DNA of 64,000 nt from Candidatus Nomurabacteria bacterium. Lineage in GTDB: Bacteria; Patescibacteriota; Minisyncoccia; Phycocordibacterales; UBA9973. The stretch lies in assembly GCA_021413905.1 (NCBI GenBank), contig JAIOPO010000005.1, positions 81,271 to 145,270 of the forward strand. Reading direction: 5' to 3'. Position 1 is the stretch's first letter; every line of letters begins with the position of its first letter. The notes below the pieces were generated by a model. It worked only from the letters and a program-made list of their open reading frames with translations, had not been told where the DNA came from and searched no databases. Positions 9,689-19,083 of the stretch are shown here, piece by piece. The position numbers and the translations under genes are program-made.

Positions 9689-11053
9689 TTAACATTCTAA
9701 TAAAATGCTCTCTCCTTGTTCGGGAGCATAAGCATCGACACCAAGATTGTCTCTCAATTTTTGAACTAAAAATAAAGCAGATTTTGGTTCGCCCATCACG
9801 ACAAAAATTTTTCGTACTGTGTCTTGAGTATCTTCTACGAAATTCACCAAACCGTCAGAATCTTTATGTCCGGAATATCCGGAAATTGTGACTATATGAG
9901 CACGCACAGGAACATCTTCACCTGTAATTCGAACCACTTTTGCGCCTTCTTGAATCAATCTACCCATAGTACCCACAGACTGATATCCTGTGAGCAAAAG
10001 AGTATTATTTGGATCTGGTAAATAATGTCTCTCATGATGCACAACACGCCCTCCTGAAGACATACCAGAACCAGCTATCACTATCTTTGGATTTGGCACA
10101 TTTACAATCATTTTAGATTCTTCTGATTTTAAAGTTGAATGAAGTCCGGGAAAATCAAATAAATGTTTACCTTCAGAAATAGCTTTTTGTGCTGTTTCAT
10201 TAAAATAATTTTTAAATTGTTTAAAAACATTTGTCAGATGAATAGCTAAAGGTGAATCTAAAAATATCGGCATAATAGGAATGCGTTGTTCTTCCACTAA
10301 TGCATCTATTTCAAACAAAAGCTCTTGTGAACGCTCCAAAGAAAATGTTGGTATTACGAGAGTGCCTTTTCTTTTATAATTGTCTTCAATAGTCGCTTCT
10401 AGAAACTTTCTTCTTCCCTCTCTGGATTCATGATTTCTATCTCCGTAAACACTTTCCATTATCAAATAATCTATATCGGTAATTTTTTCTGTATCGGGCA
10501 AAAGCGGTGAAGGACTGTTGCCTAAATCTCCAGTAAAAAGAATTTTCTTTCCATTATAAAAAAATTCCGCCATACCTGAACCCAAAATATGTCCTGCGTT
10601 CCTAAAAGAAACAGAGAGATTCTCATTGATTTGTATTTTTTCATGATATTCAAAACCTTCCCATAAAGAAAGAGCGAGTTTTATATTTTCTTCCGTATAG
10701 ATTTCATTTAATTTATTTTCCGTATTTCTGGATAAAATACCCATAGTATCTTCGAGCATCGGACTTGCGAGTTCTCGCGTAGGTTTTGTGGAATATATTT
10801 TTCCGCGAAAACCATCGTAAATTAATTTTGGAATTCTACCCAAATGATCCACATGAGCATGAGTAACAAAAAGTATATCTATACTTTTTGGATCATAAGA
10901 AAATGGCGCCCAATTTATATCATCAGCCATTTTAGAACCTTGAGTCAATCCGCAATCTATTAGTATTTTTTTATCTTCAACTTCCAACAAAAAATTCGCG
11001 CCTGTCACCGAGCCTGTCCCTCCATAAAAAGTTATTTTAGCTGTTTTTGACAT
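9689..11053 (-). CDS. MBL-fold beta-CASP metallo-hydrolase (RNA-processing type)
   Basis: THAHVDH, AGHILGS, FTGDLG, MESVYGDR, GSGMSSGGR, YSGHKD. Confidence 0.93.
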   Translation of the reverse strand: MSKTAKITFYGGTGSVTGANFLLEVEDKKILIDCGLTQGSKMADDINWAPFSYDPKSIDILFVTHAHVDHLGRIPKLIYDGFRGKIYSTKPTRELASPMLEDTMGILSRNTENKLNEIYTEENIKLALSLWEGFEYHEKIQINENLSVSFRNAGHILGSGMAEFFYNGKKILFTGDLGNSPSPLLPDTEKITDIDYLIMESVYGDRNHESREGRRKFLEATIEDNYKRKGTLVIPTFSLERSQELLFEIDALVEEQRIPIMPIFLDSPLAIHLTNVFKQFKNYFNETAQKAISEGKHLFDFPGLHSTLKSEESKMIVNVPNPKIVIAGSGMSSGGRVVHHERHYLPDPNNTLLLTGYQSVGTMGRLIQEGAKVVRITGEDVPVRAHIVTISGYSGHKDSDGLVNFVEDTQDTVRKIFVVMGEPKSALFLVQKLRDNLGVDAYAPEQGESILLEC

Positions 11054-11060
11054 GGGTTAA

Positions 11061-11456
11061 TTATACCTCTTTTTTAAAGACAATGATAACTCTTTTTATA
11101 ACATACAAAATAGCTGTCGATCCACCGGCTAAATCAAAACAAATATCAGAGAAAGTATCCAAAGCATAAAATGGATTTTGCGCCAAAAGATTATTGACCA
11201 ACACTTCAAACACTTCCCAACCGACACCAATCAACAAAACACCCAAAAGCAACCTTGTCACAATTTTTAAAGAAATTTCTTTTACTTTAAATACCCAAAT
11301 TAAAGCGAGTGATAACCAAAAACCTCCCAAGAAATGCATTATCATATCAAAATACCAGATACTTGAATACCAATACAATTTATTGGCCAAAAAATTCAAA
11401 ATAAATATAAAAAAAATAAGTGATGTTATTCGTATTAAAAGTTTTTTCCTATCCAT
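11061..11456 (-). CDS. Small polytopic membrane protein (VanZ/DUF2238-like)
   Basis: About four TM helices with FDMIMHFLGG, WEVFE and DTFSDICFD motifs. Confidence 0.65.
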   Translation of the reverse strand: MDRKKLLIRITSLIFFIFILNFLANKLYWYSSIWYFDMIMHFLGGFWLSLALIWVFKVKEISLKIVTRLLLGVLLIGVGWEVFEVLVNNLLAQNPFYALDTFSDICFDLAGGSTAILYVIKRVIIVFKKEV

Positions 11457-11480
11457 GTATATATTATATCATTTTAAAAG

Positions 11481-11511
11481 AAAAAATCCGCTCAAAAAAG
11501 AATGACGCGGA
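11481..11511 (-). terminator. Intrinsic terminator of the 6S-like RNA
   Basis: Minus strand TCCGCGTCA..TGAGCGGA followed by T6. Confidence 0.65.
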
Positions 11512-11519
11512 TACTTTTT

Positions 11520-11645
11520 TAGGACTACTTCTAAAATATTACTATAGCTTAAAGCTAAGTGGGTGTCAGACGTGAGAGACCAAAGTCAAACACGATCGAG
11601 ACTCCCATAAAATAGTGTTCTAAGTAATAATCAGAAATAACCCTA
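11520..11645 (-). ncRNA. Candidate 6S RNA (SsrS-like), compact
   Basis: Rod-like fold: 15-bp closing stem with several G.U pairs that form only on the minus strand, a TATTACT/AGTAATA stem, a central bubble of about 15/16 nt, and an interrupted apical stem. Has its own promoter and terminator and no ORF. Confidence 0.62.
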
Positions 11646-11650
11646 CTAAA

Positions 11651-11678
11651 AGTATATCAAAAAGTTATCAACATGCAA
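11651..11678 (-). promoter_or_regulatory. Sigma70-type promoter of the 6S-like RNA
   Basis: TTGCAT-N16-TATACT with an extended -10 TG; predicted +1 falls at the start of the closing stem. Confidence 0.65.
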
Positions 11679-11750
11679 CTAGACGACAAGTTTTTTTTGT
11701 TTTGCAACTATTTTTTTATAAAAAAAATTTAAAAAATAAAAATTCACAAA

Positions 11751-11778
11751 AAAAAATCCGCCGTATGGCGGATTTTTT
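11751..11778 (-). terminator. Intrinsic terminator after ndk
   Basis: Plus strand AAAAAATCCGCC-GTAT-GGCGGATTTTTT. Confidence 0.85.
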
Positions 11779-11785
11779 ATAAAAA

Positions 11786-12259
11786 TTATTTATGTTCAGC
11801 GTAAATAAAATCAGCATCTATCTTTTCATAAGAAAAAATTTCATTTTCAAAAAAGAAACGCGCGACTTCTGTCTCACCAGCCTCTACAGAATCAGAAGCA
11901 TGAACAATATTTGATTGTGTGGAAAGAGAAAAATCTCCGCGAATAGTGCCTGCATTCGCTTCCCAAGCTTTCGTCGGGCCCACTAGTAAACGAATAGCAG
12001 AAACGGCGTTAATGCCTTCTACTGCTAAGACTACCACCGGACAATGTTTCATAAAGTCTCTAATACCAGGAAAAAATGGCTTATCTTTGATATGAGCATA
12101 ATGTTCTTCTAACGTCGCATCTTTTAGATTCATCATTTTCATTCCGACTATTTTTAAACCTTTTCTTTCAAGGCGAGAAACTATTTCTCCCACCAAATTT
12201 CTCTGAACTGCGTCAGGTTTTATAATAATCAATGATTTCTCACTATTTGGTCTTGTCAT
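11786..12259 (-). CDS. ndk: Nucleoside diphosphate kinase
   Basis: IIKPDAVQR, GTIRGDF, NIVHASDS catalytic His. Confidence 0.97.
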   Translation of the reverse strand: MTRPNSEKSLIIIKPDAVQRNLVGEIVSRLERKGLKIVGMKMMNLKDATLEEHYAHIKDKPFFPGIRDFMKHCPVVVLAVEGINAVSAIRLLVGPTKAWEANAGTIRGDFSLSTQSNIVHASDSVEAGETEVARFFFENEIFSYEKIDADFIYAEHK

Positions 12260-12328
12260 AAATATGTTTTAAATTAAAATGCTAATATCACTATACTATC
12301 AGAAAATATCATTTTTGCAAAATAAAAT

Positions 12329-13144
12329 CTATTTTACAAATTTGCCGACAATACAAGCCTCAGCTCCTATTTTTTGATTCTTTCTTGGAAAGATAATACA
12401 TTCATTTTTCTTTGATTTAATCTTTTTTATTCCATCTATTGCAAACACAGCATTATCCGGAAGTAATTCAAAATTTTTATAATCTTTCATAAAATTAAAA
12501 TTATTTGTTTTTGCTTTTAAAACTTTGGTAACTTGAACTATTTTTTTATTTGTTCTTTTTTTATTTGAAACATGGAAATCCATCAAATTAAAATAATCTA
12601 TAAATTTATAAATTTGTTTTTTTGCAAATTCTTTATATTCTTCTGGTTTAGAAACCGGACCGCATTCTAAACAAATTCCTATTTTGTTTTGATTTTCCAT
12701 ATAGCCATCCGTTGCCCCCGGTTCTATTTTGTTCCAACCATATGAAATAATATTAACATCAAATATTGAAGCAATATTTAAATTTTTTTTACCACAAATA
12801 ATAAAAGGGTTCCCTTTTGGATCATTAAAAGCATGCAAATCTAGCAAAGCGTTACTTTTATCTAAAATTTTCATTAATACTCTGGCAATAATATCTTCTT
12901 TATTTTTTTCCTTATTATCTTTCAAAAAACAACGATTTAAATTTTTATCCAACATACGAACATTCTTTTTTACAGCTAAAGGATTCGCCACGACAAAATA
13001 AATTATTCCTTTTTTAATTTTTATTTCCTTAATTATTTCTTTTACCGCCAAGACTCCCACCTTTTCATTACCATGAATACCTGAAAAAACAGCCAGCACT
13101 GGTCCTTTTTCTTTTCCTTTGATTGTTTTTACGTATGGTTGCAT
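12329..13144 (-). CDS. Succinylglutamate desuccinylase/aspartoacylase family (M14-like)
   Basis: GIHGNE, NLNR, LDLH, LECG motifs. Confidence 0.88.
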   Translation of the reverse strand: MQPYVKTIKGKEKGPVLAVFSGIHGNEKVGVLAVKEIIKEIKIKKGIIYFVVANPLAVKKNVRMLDKNLNRCFLKDNKEKNKEDIIARVLMKILDKSNALLDLHAFNDPKGNPFIICGKKNLNIASIFDVNIISYGWNKIEPGATDGYMENQNKIGICLECGPVSKPEEYKEFAKKQIYKFIDYFNLMDFHVSNKKRTNKKIVQVTKVLKAKTNNFNFMKDYKNFELLPDNAVFAIDGIKKIKSKKNECIIFPRKNQKIGAEACIVGKFVK

Positions 13145-13210
13145 TAATAATTAAATAAATATTTATAAATTAAAAAGGGCAAATTAGTTTTACTAAAAGC
13201 CCTTTATAAA

Positions 13211-13765
13211 TTAGAAAAAAACCCAAGAACAATCTTTAAAAAGAGGACAGATCTTACAATTTTCTTTTCTGTCATTACACCGAAGACATAAAGTTTTTCT
13301 TAATGCTTCGCAACAAGAATGGTCTTCCATTAAACAACCATTTACTTTGCGAAAAATTTTCTGAACAACTTCATTACTACTTATACTAACAGAAACCCAA
13401 TTTTTTTCTTTAGCAAATTTTAATCTTTCACGAATCAATGACTCACCTATACCGTTTCCACGGTAATCAGGCAAGACAAAATTTGTACCAATTTCAACAA
13501 CCTTTTTACCGTCAAGATATGGTTCTGACTTATCACAGGTTCTAGGTAAAAAAATACCAGCAGCTCCTATGATTTCATTATTTTCATAACTAAAAACGGC
13601 CATTAATAACGTACTCTTAATCTCATCAACAGACAAAGTAAGCATATGCTTCTCTTCTCTAGTTTTACATGACCACCATTCAAAATTCTGGGTGATTCTT
13701 GCACTTTCTTGTCTATTCCTATCGGTAAAGTCAAAAATTTCCACTTTTTTTTCTGATGTTTTCAT
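13211..13765 (-). CDS. GNAT-family N-acyltransferase with Cys-rich C-terminus
   Basis: Motif A FVLPDYRGNGIG; tail HSCC..CLRC..CKIC. Confidence 0.8.
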   Translation of the reverse strand: MKTSEKKVEIFDFTDRNRQESARITQNFEWWSCKTREEKHMLTLSVDEIKSTLLMAVFSYENNEIIGAAGIFLPRTCDKSEPYLDGKKVVEIGTNFVLPDYRGNGIGESLIRERLKFAKEKNWVSVSISSNEVVQKIFRKVNGCLMEDHSCCEALRKTLCLRCNDRKENCKICPLFKDCSWVFF

Positions 13766-13835
13766 ATTATAAAAAGAACGATGAATTTAAAACAGTCCAA
13801 CTATTATAATATCAAAATAAAAAAAATATTCAAAA

Positions 13836-14747
13836 TTACTTATCCACACCTACCAGAAATTGCAAAATAATATCTTGTGCTATTTTTATTGTCATTTCTG
13901 GTTTATCTTTTTCTGGATTAACTTCAACTAAATCAATAGAGAAAAGTTTCTTTGAAGCCATAATTGGTTGCATGCAAATATTAACCATTTCAGCACTAAA
14001 ACCATTAACATTTGGAGTACCAGTAGCACTGACTAAATCTTTCTTAAATACATCAATATCAAAAGTAACATGCAATACATCCATACGAGAACAAAAATCA
14101 TTTATATATGAAATTATTTCAGAAGAATTTGAATTAATATCATTTGAACTAATAATTTTAATATTTTTCTCATTGATAAATCTTTTTTCTTCATCTTCCA
14201 AAATCAAATTACCAATATATAAAAAATTATCTGTTGGAATACGAACATTGGCAACTTGAATAATATTTTCTTCATCAAAATCACTCAACAAAGGCCTTAG
14301 CCACATACCGTGAACATTTCCAGACGGACTTGTTTTTGATAAATGTATATCACCATGAGAATCAAAGTCTATAAAACCCACTTTTTTGTTTTCTAAAAAT
14401 TTCAAAGAAGCTATATCTGAAGCAAGAGCGACACTATGATCTCCTCCTAAAGTTACTACAAATTTATAATTATTAAAATTCAATTCACTTAAAATTTTTT
14501 CAGATAAATCTTTTGTCTCCTTAGAAAAAACAGAATAATAATCTTCGTCTAATACATCTTCCGGATTCGAAAAACTAAAATCTAATATTTTTAAATTATA
14601 TTTATCTTTTAAATTTCCTAAAAAATGTTCATCTAAAACAGCATCGGGACCATTCTCTACACCTATATTTAAAACTGTATCTCCTCCAAAAGGTAAAAAT
14701 TTCATACCTAGCCGAGATTTTGCTTTTATTAAAAGTAAGTTATTCAT
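13836..14747 (-). CDS. Arginase-family ureohydrolase
   Basis: GGDHS, DFDSHGD, SPSGNVHGM, TFDIDVF, VEVNP. Confidence 0.92.
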   Translation of the reverse strand: MNNLLLIKAKSRLGMKFLPFGGDTVLNIGVENGPDAVLDEHFLGNLKDKYNLKILDFSFSNPEDVLDEDYYSVFSKETKDLSEKILSELNFNNYKFVVTLGGDHSVALASDIASLKFLENKKVGFIDFDSHGDIHLSKTSPSGNVHGMWLRPLLSDFDEENIIQVANVRIPTDNFLYIGNLILEDEEKRFINEKNIKIISSNDINSNSSEIISYINDFCSRMDVLHVTFDIDVFKKDLVSATGTPNVNGFSAEMVNICMQPIMASKKLFSIDLVEVNPEKDKPEMTIKIAQDIILQFLVGVDK

Positions 14748-14800
14748 AACTTTATCATACCACTTATAGTATTTTAAATAAAAAACCTGTGGATAACCTT

Positions 14801-17575
14801 CTACCCATTTCTCTTCTCATATCTGCCCATGATTTCTGCTTCAACTTCTTCCCTGTCACGTCCATATTTGAGATAGGATAATTCTTTCAGACTTTCCACT
14901 ATTTCCGGATTGCCTTTTGGCAACAAAGACCAATGAGATGTCATACTGAAAGGTTTTGTAGGTGTGCCATTTACGAGCATACTCACATAAGAATTAAAAT
15001 TATCCAATTTCATAATATCTGTCGCTGAAAAAGTTGGCTTAAATTTAGACTCAATGGCAGTGGCATCTTCTGGAGAAACACGATAAACAGCCATAGAACC
15101 GACGTTTCCAAAAACAGCATTTTTAATATTTTCTTCAAGTTGAGAAATGTATTGATGAGCGACAGTCAAAGACAAACGATATTTGCGGGCTTCGGAAAGA
15201 ATAGAAGCGATGGAGTCTGTAGTCACATTTTGGAATTCATCGATATAAAGATAAAAATCATTCATCGGTTTGCCAAACATATCCACGCGAGAAAGTGCCG
15301 CCATTTGTATTTTACCTACAAGTAAAAGACCTATCAAATTCGCATTGATGTCTCCCAGGCGACCTTTGGATAAATTAACCAAAAGTATTTTTTTATTATC
15401 CATAATTTCTCGGAAATTAAAAACAGATTTTTCCTGCAAGACCACAGGACGCATAATATCATTTGAAATAAAATTATCAAATTTAGAAGTAATATACGGC
15501 ACAAAGTTTGCCAGGCCTTGGTCACCTGTTGTTTGTTCCGCAGCCATCCAGAATTGCTTGATAATAGGATTTTTACATTTTGCCAATTTCATATCACGAA
15601 ATTCTTTGTCAGTCAAAACACGGGAAATCTCAAGTAATGTACAACCAGACTCAGGATCTTCCATTATCAAAAAAGCGGAATTTTTGAAATATTGTTCAAA
15701 CATCGGCCCACCGGAAGTTTTCATATCAAAAAGTTTATTAAAAATTCCCATCAATTCGTTTACTACAAAAGTTTTTTGTTCAGGATATTTTGGATCAAAT
15801 TCAAGCATATTGAGACCCATAGGACGCGCAGTATATGCAGGATCAAAATAAATAACATCATCAATGCGTTCTTTTGGAACATAAGACAAAATCTCTTGTA
15901 TATCACTACCATGCGGATCTATAAAACAACAACCATCACCATTCATAATATCTTGAGCAATCATATTTTTTAAAATAGTGGTTTTACCAGTACCAGTCTG
16001 ACCTATAACATACATATGACGCATTCTATCTTCACGAGACATATGTATTTCTGTGTCACGTCCTCTATAACTATTTATCCCCAACAATATACCATCTTTG
16101 CCCATTTCCATAGGAGCAGGTGCCATACCGGCTTTTGCTTCTTTGAGTTGAGGTTGACTTGAAATACCGACAGGATAATGAAAAACGGAAGCCAATTCTT
16201 TTAAATTCATCGGTAAAACTTTTCCAGAATTAAATGTGCGATAAGAAAAATCATGAAATAAATCTTTCAAGCCTGAACCTTTTATTTTTTCAAAAACAAA
16301 AGAATTACTCGCTGATTCTTTAAATTGATTAAAAGAAGACTCAATCTCATTCAAAATTTCTTCCGCACGGATTAATGTTTCCGCAGACGCAACAACACGA
16401 ATATTTGCTTTCAAAATTGAACTTTTTAATTTATTACCTATTTTCTCAACAGCCCCCTCATCCACAGGCCTTCGCCCTTTCATATATTTTTCATCTTTTT
16501 GTTCATTTTTTTTAGAATCATCAAATACCAAACCTTTCACTGCTTGAAAAAAAGCATGCTCAAATTTATAAAAATTATCATTTGCATGTTTTACAGAAAT
16601 TCCACTTTTTACATCATCTAAAATCATATGAAATTCTCTTGTAAATTTTTCACCCGCTGGAGCTACGACGATCTGTATAGCTGCTCCTTCTCCTTGTGTT
16701 TTTAATTTTGAAAATACATTCAAAATAGTATTCATAGGATCATGATCTATATTGTCATAAGTTTTTATAGGCAAAATCGGTCTTTCAGAAAAATGAGCAT
16801 AAGCCCCCACAGAAAAACCTTTTTCGTTGAAAAGATTATAATCTTCAGTTACTTCATTTATTTTTGCATCATGATAAAAAGCCAATACTTGTTTTTCAAA
16901 AAGAGAAATATACTTATTTGGAACAGCAGTATATACCACCACCTCATCACTTTGATTTCCTAACGCAACTTCAAGGGTGAAGTAATTGTCTTTTGAATTA
17001 AATTTATCTTCAGCTATTGATTGCATACCCGCATAAAATTGTTCCATTGCACCAATAAATTCTTTGAAACCTTTTTGCATTTCAGCTTCGTCTTTTGACG
17101 GTGGTAATGTAATTTCAAACAATGTCATATTTAAAGATTTCCAAATAGGTGTACCTTCTTTTAAACCAGAAATAAGTTGCCCTGTCTTTAAATACTGAAC
17201 CAATAATCTATGAAAATCATCATCGACATGAGCATTGTTCATTGAACTTACAGTATCTAAAGCATTTTTTATTCCCTTGGTTAATAAAATACCCAAAAGT
17301 TCTTCCATCACCACATCATGCTTTTCGGGTTTCAATTTTAAAATAATCGTTTCTTTTTCTTTTTTATTCAATAAATTATCTTTACTTAAAACATCAACAG
17401 AAGAAACTTTTTCATATTCAGAAATTGTATTATTCAACGTGTCAATTTCAGCATTTTCAAAATGACCCCTATCGATTAATTCTTTTTCTTTTTGAGCAAC
17501 ATGTGCGCGCAAATACTCCAATTCTTCATTTGGAGTTTTAAATTTTGGTATATCTTTAAAATATGAATTTTCCAT
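14801..17575 (-). CDS. VirD4/TraG/TrwB-like coupling-protein ATPase (HerA/FtsK superfamily)
   Basis: RHMYVIGQTGTGKT Walker A, FIDPHG, LYIDEFQN Walker B, LSEARKYRL, AHQYISQL, VFGNVG; long N-terminal region. Confidence 0.88.
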   Translation of the reverse strand: MENSYFKDIPKFKTPNEELEYLRAHVAQKEKELIDRGHFENAEIDTLNNTISEYEKVSSVDVLSKDNLLNKKEKETIILKLKPEKHDVVMEELLGILLTKGIKNALDTVSSMNNAHVDDDFHRLLVQYLKTGQLISGLKEGTPIWKSLNMTLFEITLPPSKDEAEMQKGFKEFIGAMEQFYAGMQSIAEDKFNSKDNYFTLEVALGNQSDEVVVYTAVPNKYISLFEKQVLAFYHDAKINEVTEDYNLFNEKGFSVGAYAHFSERPILPIKTYDNIDHDPMNTILNVFSKLKTQGEGAAIQIVVAPAGEKFTREFHMILDDVKSGISVKHANDNFYKFEHAFFQAVKGLVFDDSKKNEQKDEKYMKGRRPVDEGAVEKIGNKLKSSILKANIRVVASAETLIRAEEILNEIESSFNQFKESASNSFVFEKIKGSGLKDLFHDFSYRTFNSGKVLPMNLKELASVFHYPVGISSQPQLKEAKAGMAPAPMEMGKDGILLGINSYRGRDTEIHMSREDRMRHMYVIGQTGTGKTTILKNMIAQDIMNGDGCCFIDPHGSDIQEILSYVPKERIDDVIYFDPAYTARPMGLNMLEFDPKYPEQKTFVVNELMGIFNKLFDMKTSGGPMFEQYFKNSAFLIMEDPESGCTLLEISRVLTDKEFRDMKLAKCKNPIIKQFWMAAEQTTGDQGLANFVPYITSKFDNFISNDIMRPVVLQEKSVFNFREIMDNKKILLVNLSKGRLGDINANLIGLLLVGKIQMAALSRVDMFGKPMNDFYLYIDEFQNVTTDSIASILSEARKYRLSLTVAHQYISQLEENIKNAVFGNVGSMAVYRVSPEDATAIESKFKPTFSATDIMKLDNFNSYVSMLVNGTPTKPFSMTSHWSLLPKGNPEIVESLKELSYLKYGRDREEVEAEIMGRYEKRNG

Positions 17576-17613
17576 TTATTTAATTATACCCTTTAGTTAA
17601 AATTTTCCAAAGT

Positions 17614-18390
17614 TTATTCCGGTAAACGAGTCAGTATTTCTGGCTCTCCATCCGTAATCAAAATAGTATTTTCAAAATGAGCACTTCTTTTTTTATCAGC
17701 TGTTATAAATGTATATTCATCATTTTCTAATTTTACATTTTTTGTTCCCATATTAAGCATAGGTTCAATAGCTATTACCATACCCTTTACGAGCTTAACC
17801 CCTGTATTTTTTTTACCAAAATTTGGTATATATGGATCTTCATGAATTTCTCTACCAACTCCGTGACCAGACAAAACTTCAACTATTCCATATCTATGAG
17901 GACGAGCAAAATTCTCAATTGCATAACCGATATCACCCACTTTATTTCCATTTTGAGCTGCATTTATACCCACATGCATTGCTTTCTCTGTGACTTCTAA
18001 AAGTTTTTTTGAAGCAGGACTCACATCTCCTACCGGCACAGTCAAAGCCATATCTGTATACAGACCTTTATGTTTTAATCCTAAATCAATTGAAACAATG
18101 TCTCCTTCTTTTAAAATTTTCTTATCAGATGGAATACCGTGAACCACTTCTTCATTTACAGAAACACAAAGAGATGCTGGATATGGAGTACGCACCCCTT
18201 CCGGACGATAATTTAAAAAAGCTGGAATATCACCTCCTTCTCTGATTAATTTTTCTGCATATTTGTCCAAGTCTTTCGTAGAAATACCCGGCTTCACAAA
18301 ATCTTTTACTTTGTAAAGTATTACAGCTAACCTGCGTCCACCCTCACGCAATATTTCTATTTCTTCTGGTGTTTTTATAATTATTGCCAT
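17614..18390 (-). CDS. map: Methionine aminopeptidase type I
   Basis: SVNEEVVHGIP, DIVSIDLG, GHGVG, IAIEPM, SAHFENT. Confidence 0.97.
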   Translation of the reverse strand: MAIIIKTPEEIEILREGGRRLAVILYKVKDFVKPGISTKDLDKYAEKLIREGGDIPAFLNYRPEGVRTPYPASLCVSVNEEVVHGIPSDKKILKEGDIVSIDLGLKHKGLYTDMALTVPVGDVSPASKKLLEVTEKAMHVGINAAQNGNKVGDIGYAIENFARPHRYGIVEVLSGHGVGREIHEDPYIPNFGKKNTGVKLVKGMVIAIEPMLNMGTKNVKLENDEYTFITADKKRSAHFENTILITDGEPEILTRLPE

Positions 18391-18396
18391 ATATTT

Positions 18397-19080
18397 TTAT
18401 TTTATTACAGTACCAATAAATTTTTCTCCGTTTAAGTAATTCTCTAAATTTTCCAAATTCTTACCATTCATTATAGCTACTTCGATATTTTGTTCTTCGG
18501 ATTTTTTTGCAGCGACAGGATCAAAAGGTGTATTTAATCCAGGATTCCACTCAAGAGGTAATATTTTTCTAAATTCTTCCCAAGAAATATTTTCTATTTT
18601 TTTAGCATCAGAAAATTTATTAGGATCCTTATCGTAAACATAATCTATATTCGAAAGATTAATTACTTTTTTTGAATTAACAGAAATAGCACAATGAATT
18701 GAAGCTAAATCACTACTATTACCAGGCCTCCAACCACCACCAACCATAATATGCTTATCTGTAATTGGTATCAAATCTGGATCTAAAATTAACTTACTAT
18801 AAACAATATCTCCAAAAATAATACGCACTAAATCTGCATTCATTCTCGTAAAAGCTATGCCCATCAAATCCAATTCAGTATCAGAAGGATTTGTAATTTG
18901 TTTTAAAGCATCCAAATATTTTCTGCAACATCTACCACCACCAGTAATAATAATAAATTTTTTACCTTTTTCAACTTGTGAAATAATCAAATTTTTAAAA
19001 TCCTTCAAAAAATCAACATCGATTTCTTCCGGAACAATGAGCGAACCACCCAATGAAATTACAATTATTTCTTCTTTCAT
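18397..19080 (-). CDS. pyrH: UMP kinase (short, archaeal-like type)
   Basis: ISLGGS, TGGG, GGWRPGNSSD, NIDYVYDKDP, FDPVAA. Confidence 0.9.
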   Translation of the reverse strand: MKEEIIVISLGGSLIVPEEIDVDFLKDFKNLIISQVEKGKKFIIITGGGRCCRKYLDALKQITNPSDTELDLMGIAFTRMNADLVRIIFGDIVYSKLILDPDLIPITDKHIMVGGGWRPGNSSDLASIHCAISVNSKKVINLSNIDYVYDKDPNKFSDAKKIENISWEEFRKILPLEWNPGLNTPFDPVAAKKSEEQNIEVAIMNGKNLENLENYLNGEKFIGTVIK

Positions 19081-19083
19081 AAA

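Noticed and set aside
11520-11645. SRP (4.5S) RNA as the identity of the long hairpin
   Set aside because: No GNRA tetraloop and no CAGG/AGCA internal loop of SRP domain IV; the large central bubble fits 6S better.
13840-14796. Two perfect DnaA boxes (TTATCCACA at 13840-13848; TGTGGATAA at 14788-14796) as a replication origin
   Set aside because: They are isolated and about 950 bp apart, one lies inside a CDS, there is no box cluster or dnaA/dnaN, and gene orientation does not switch.
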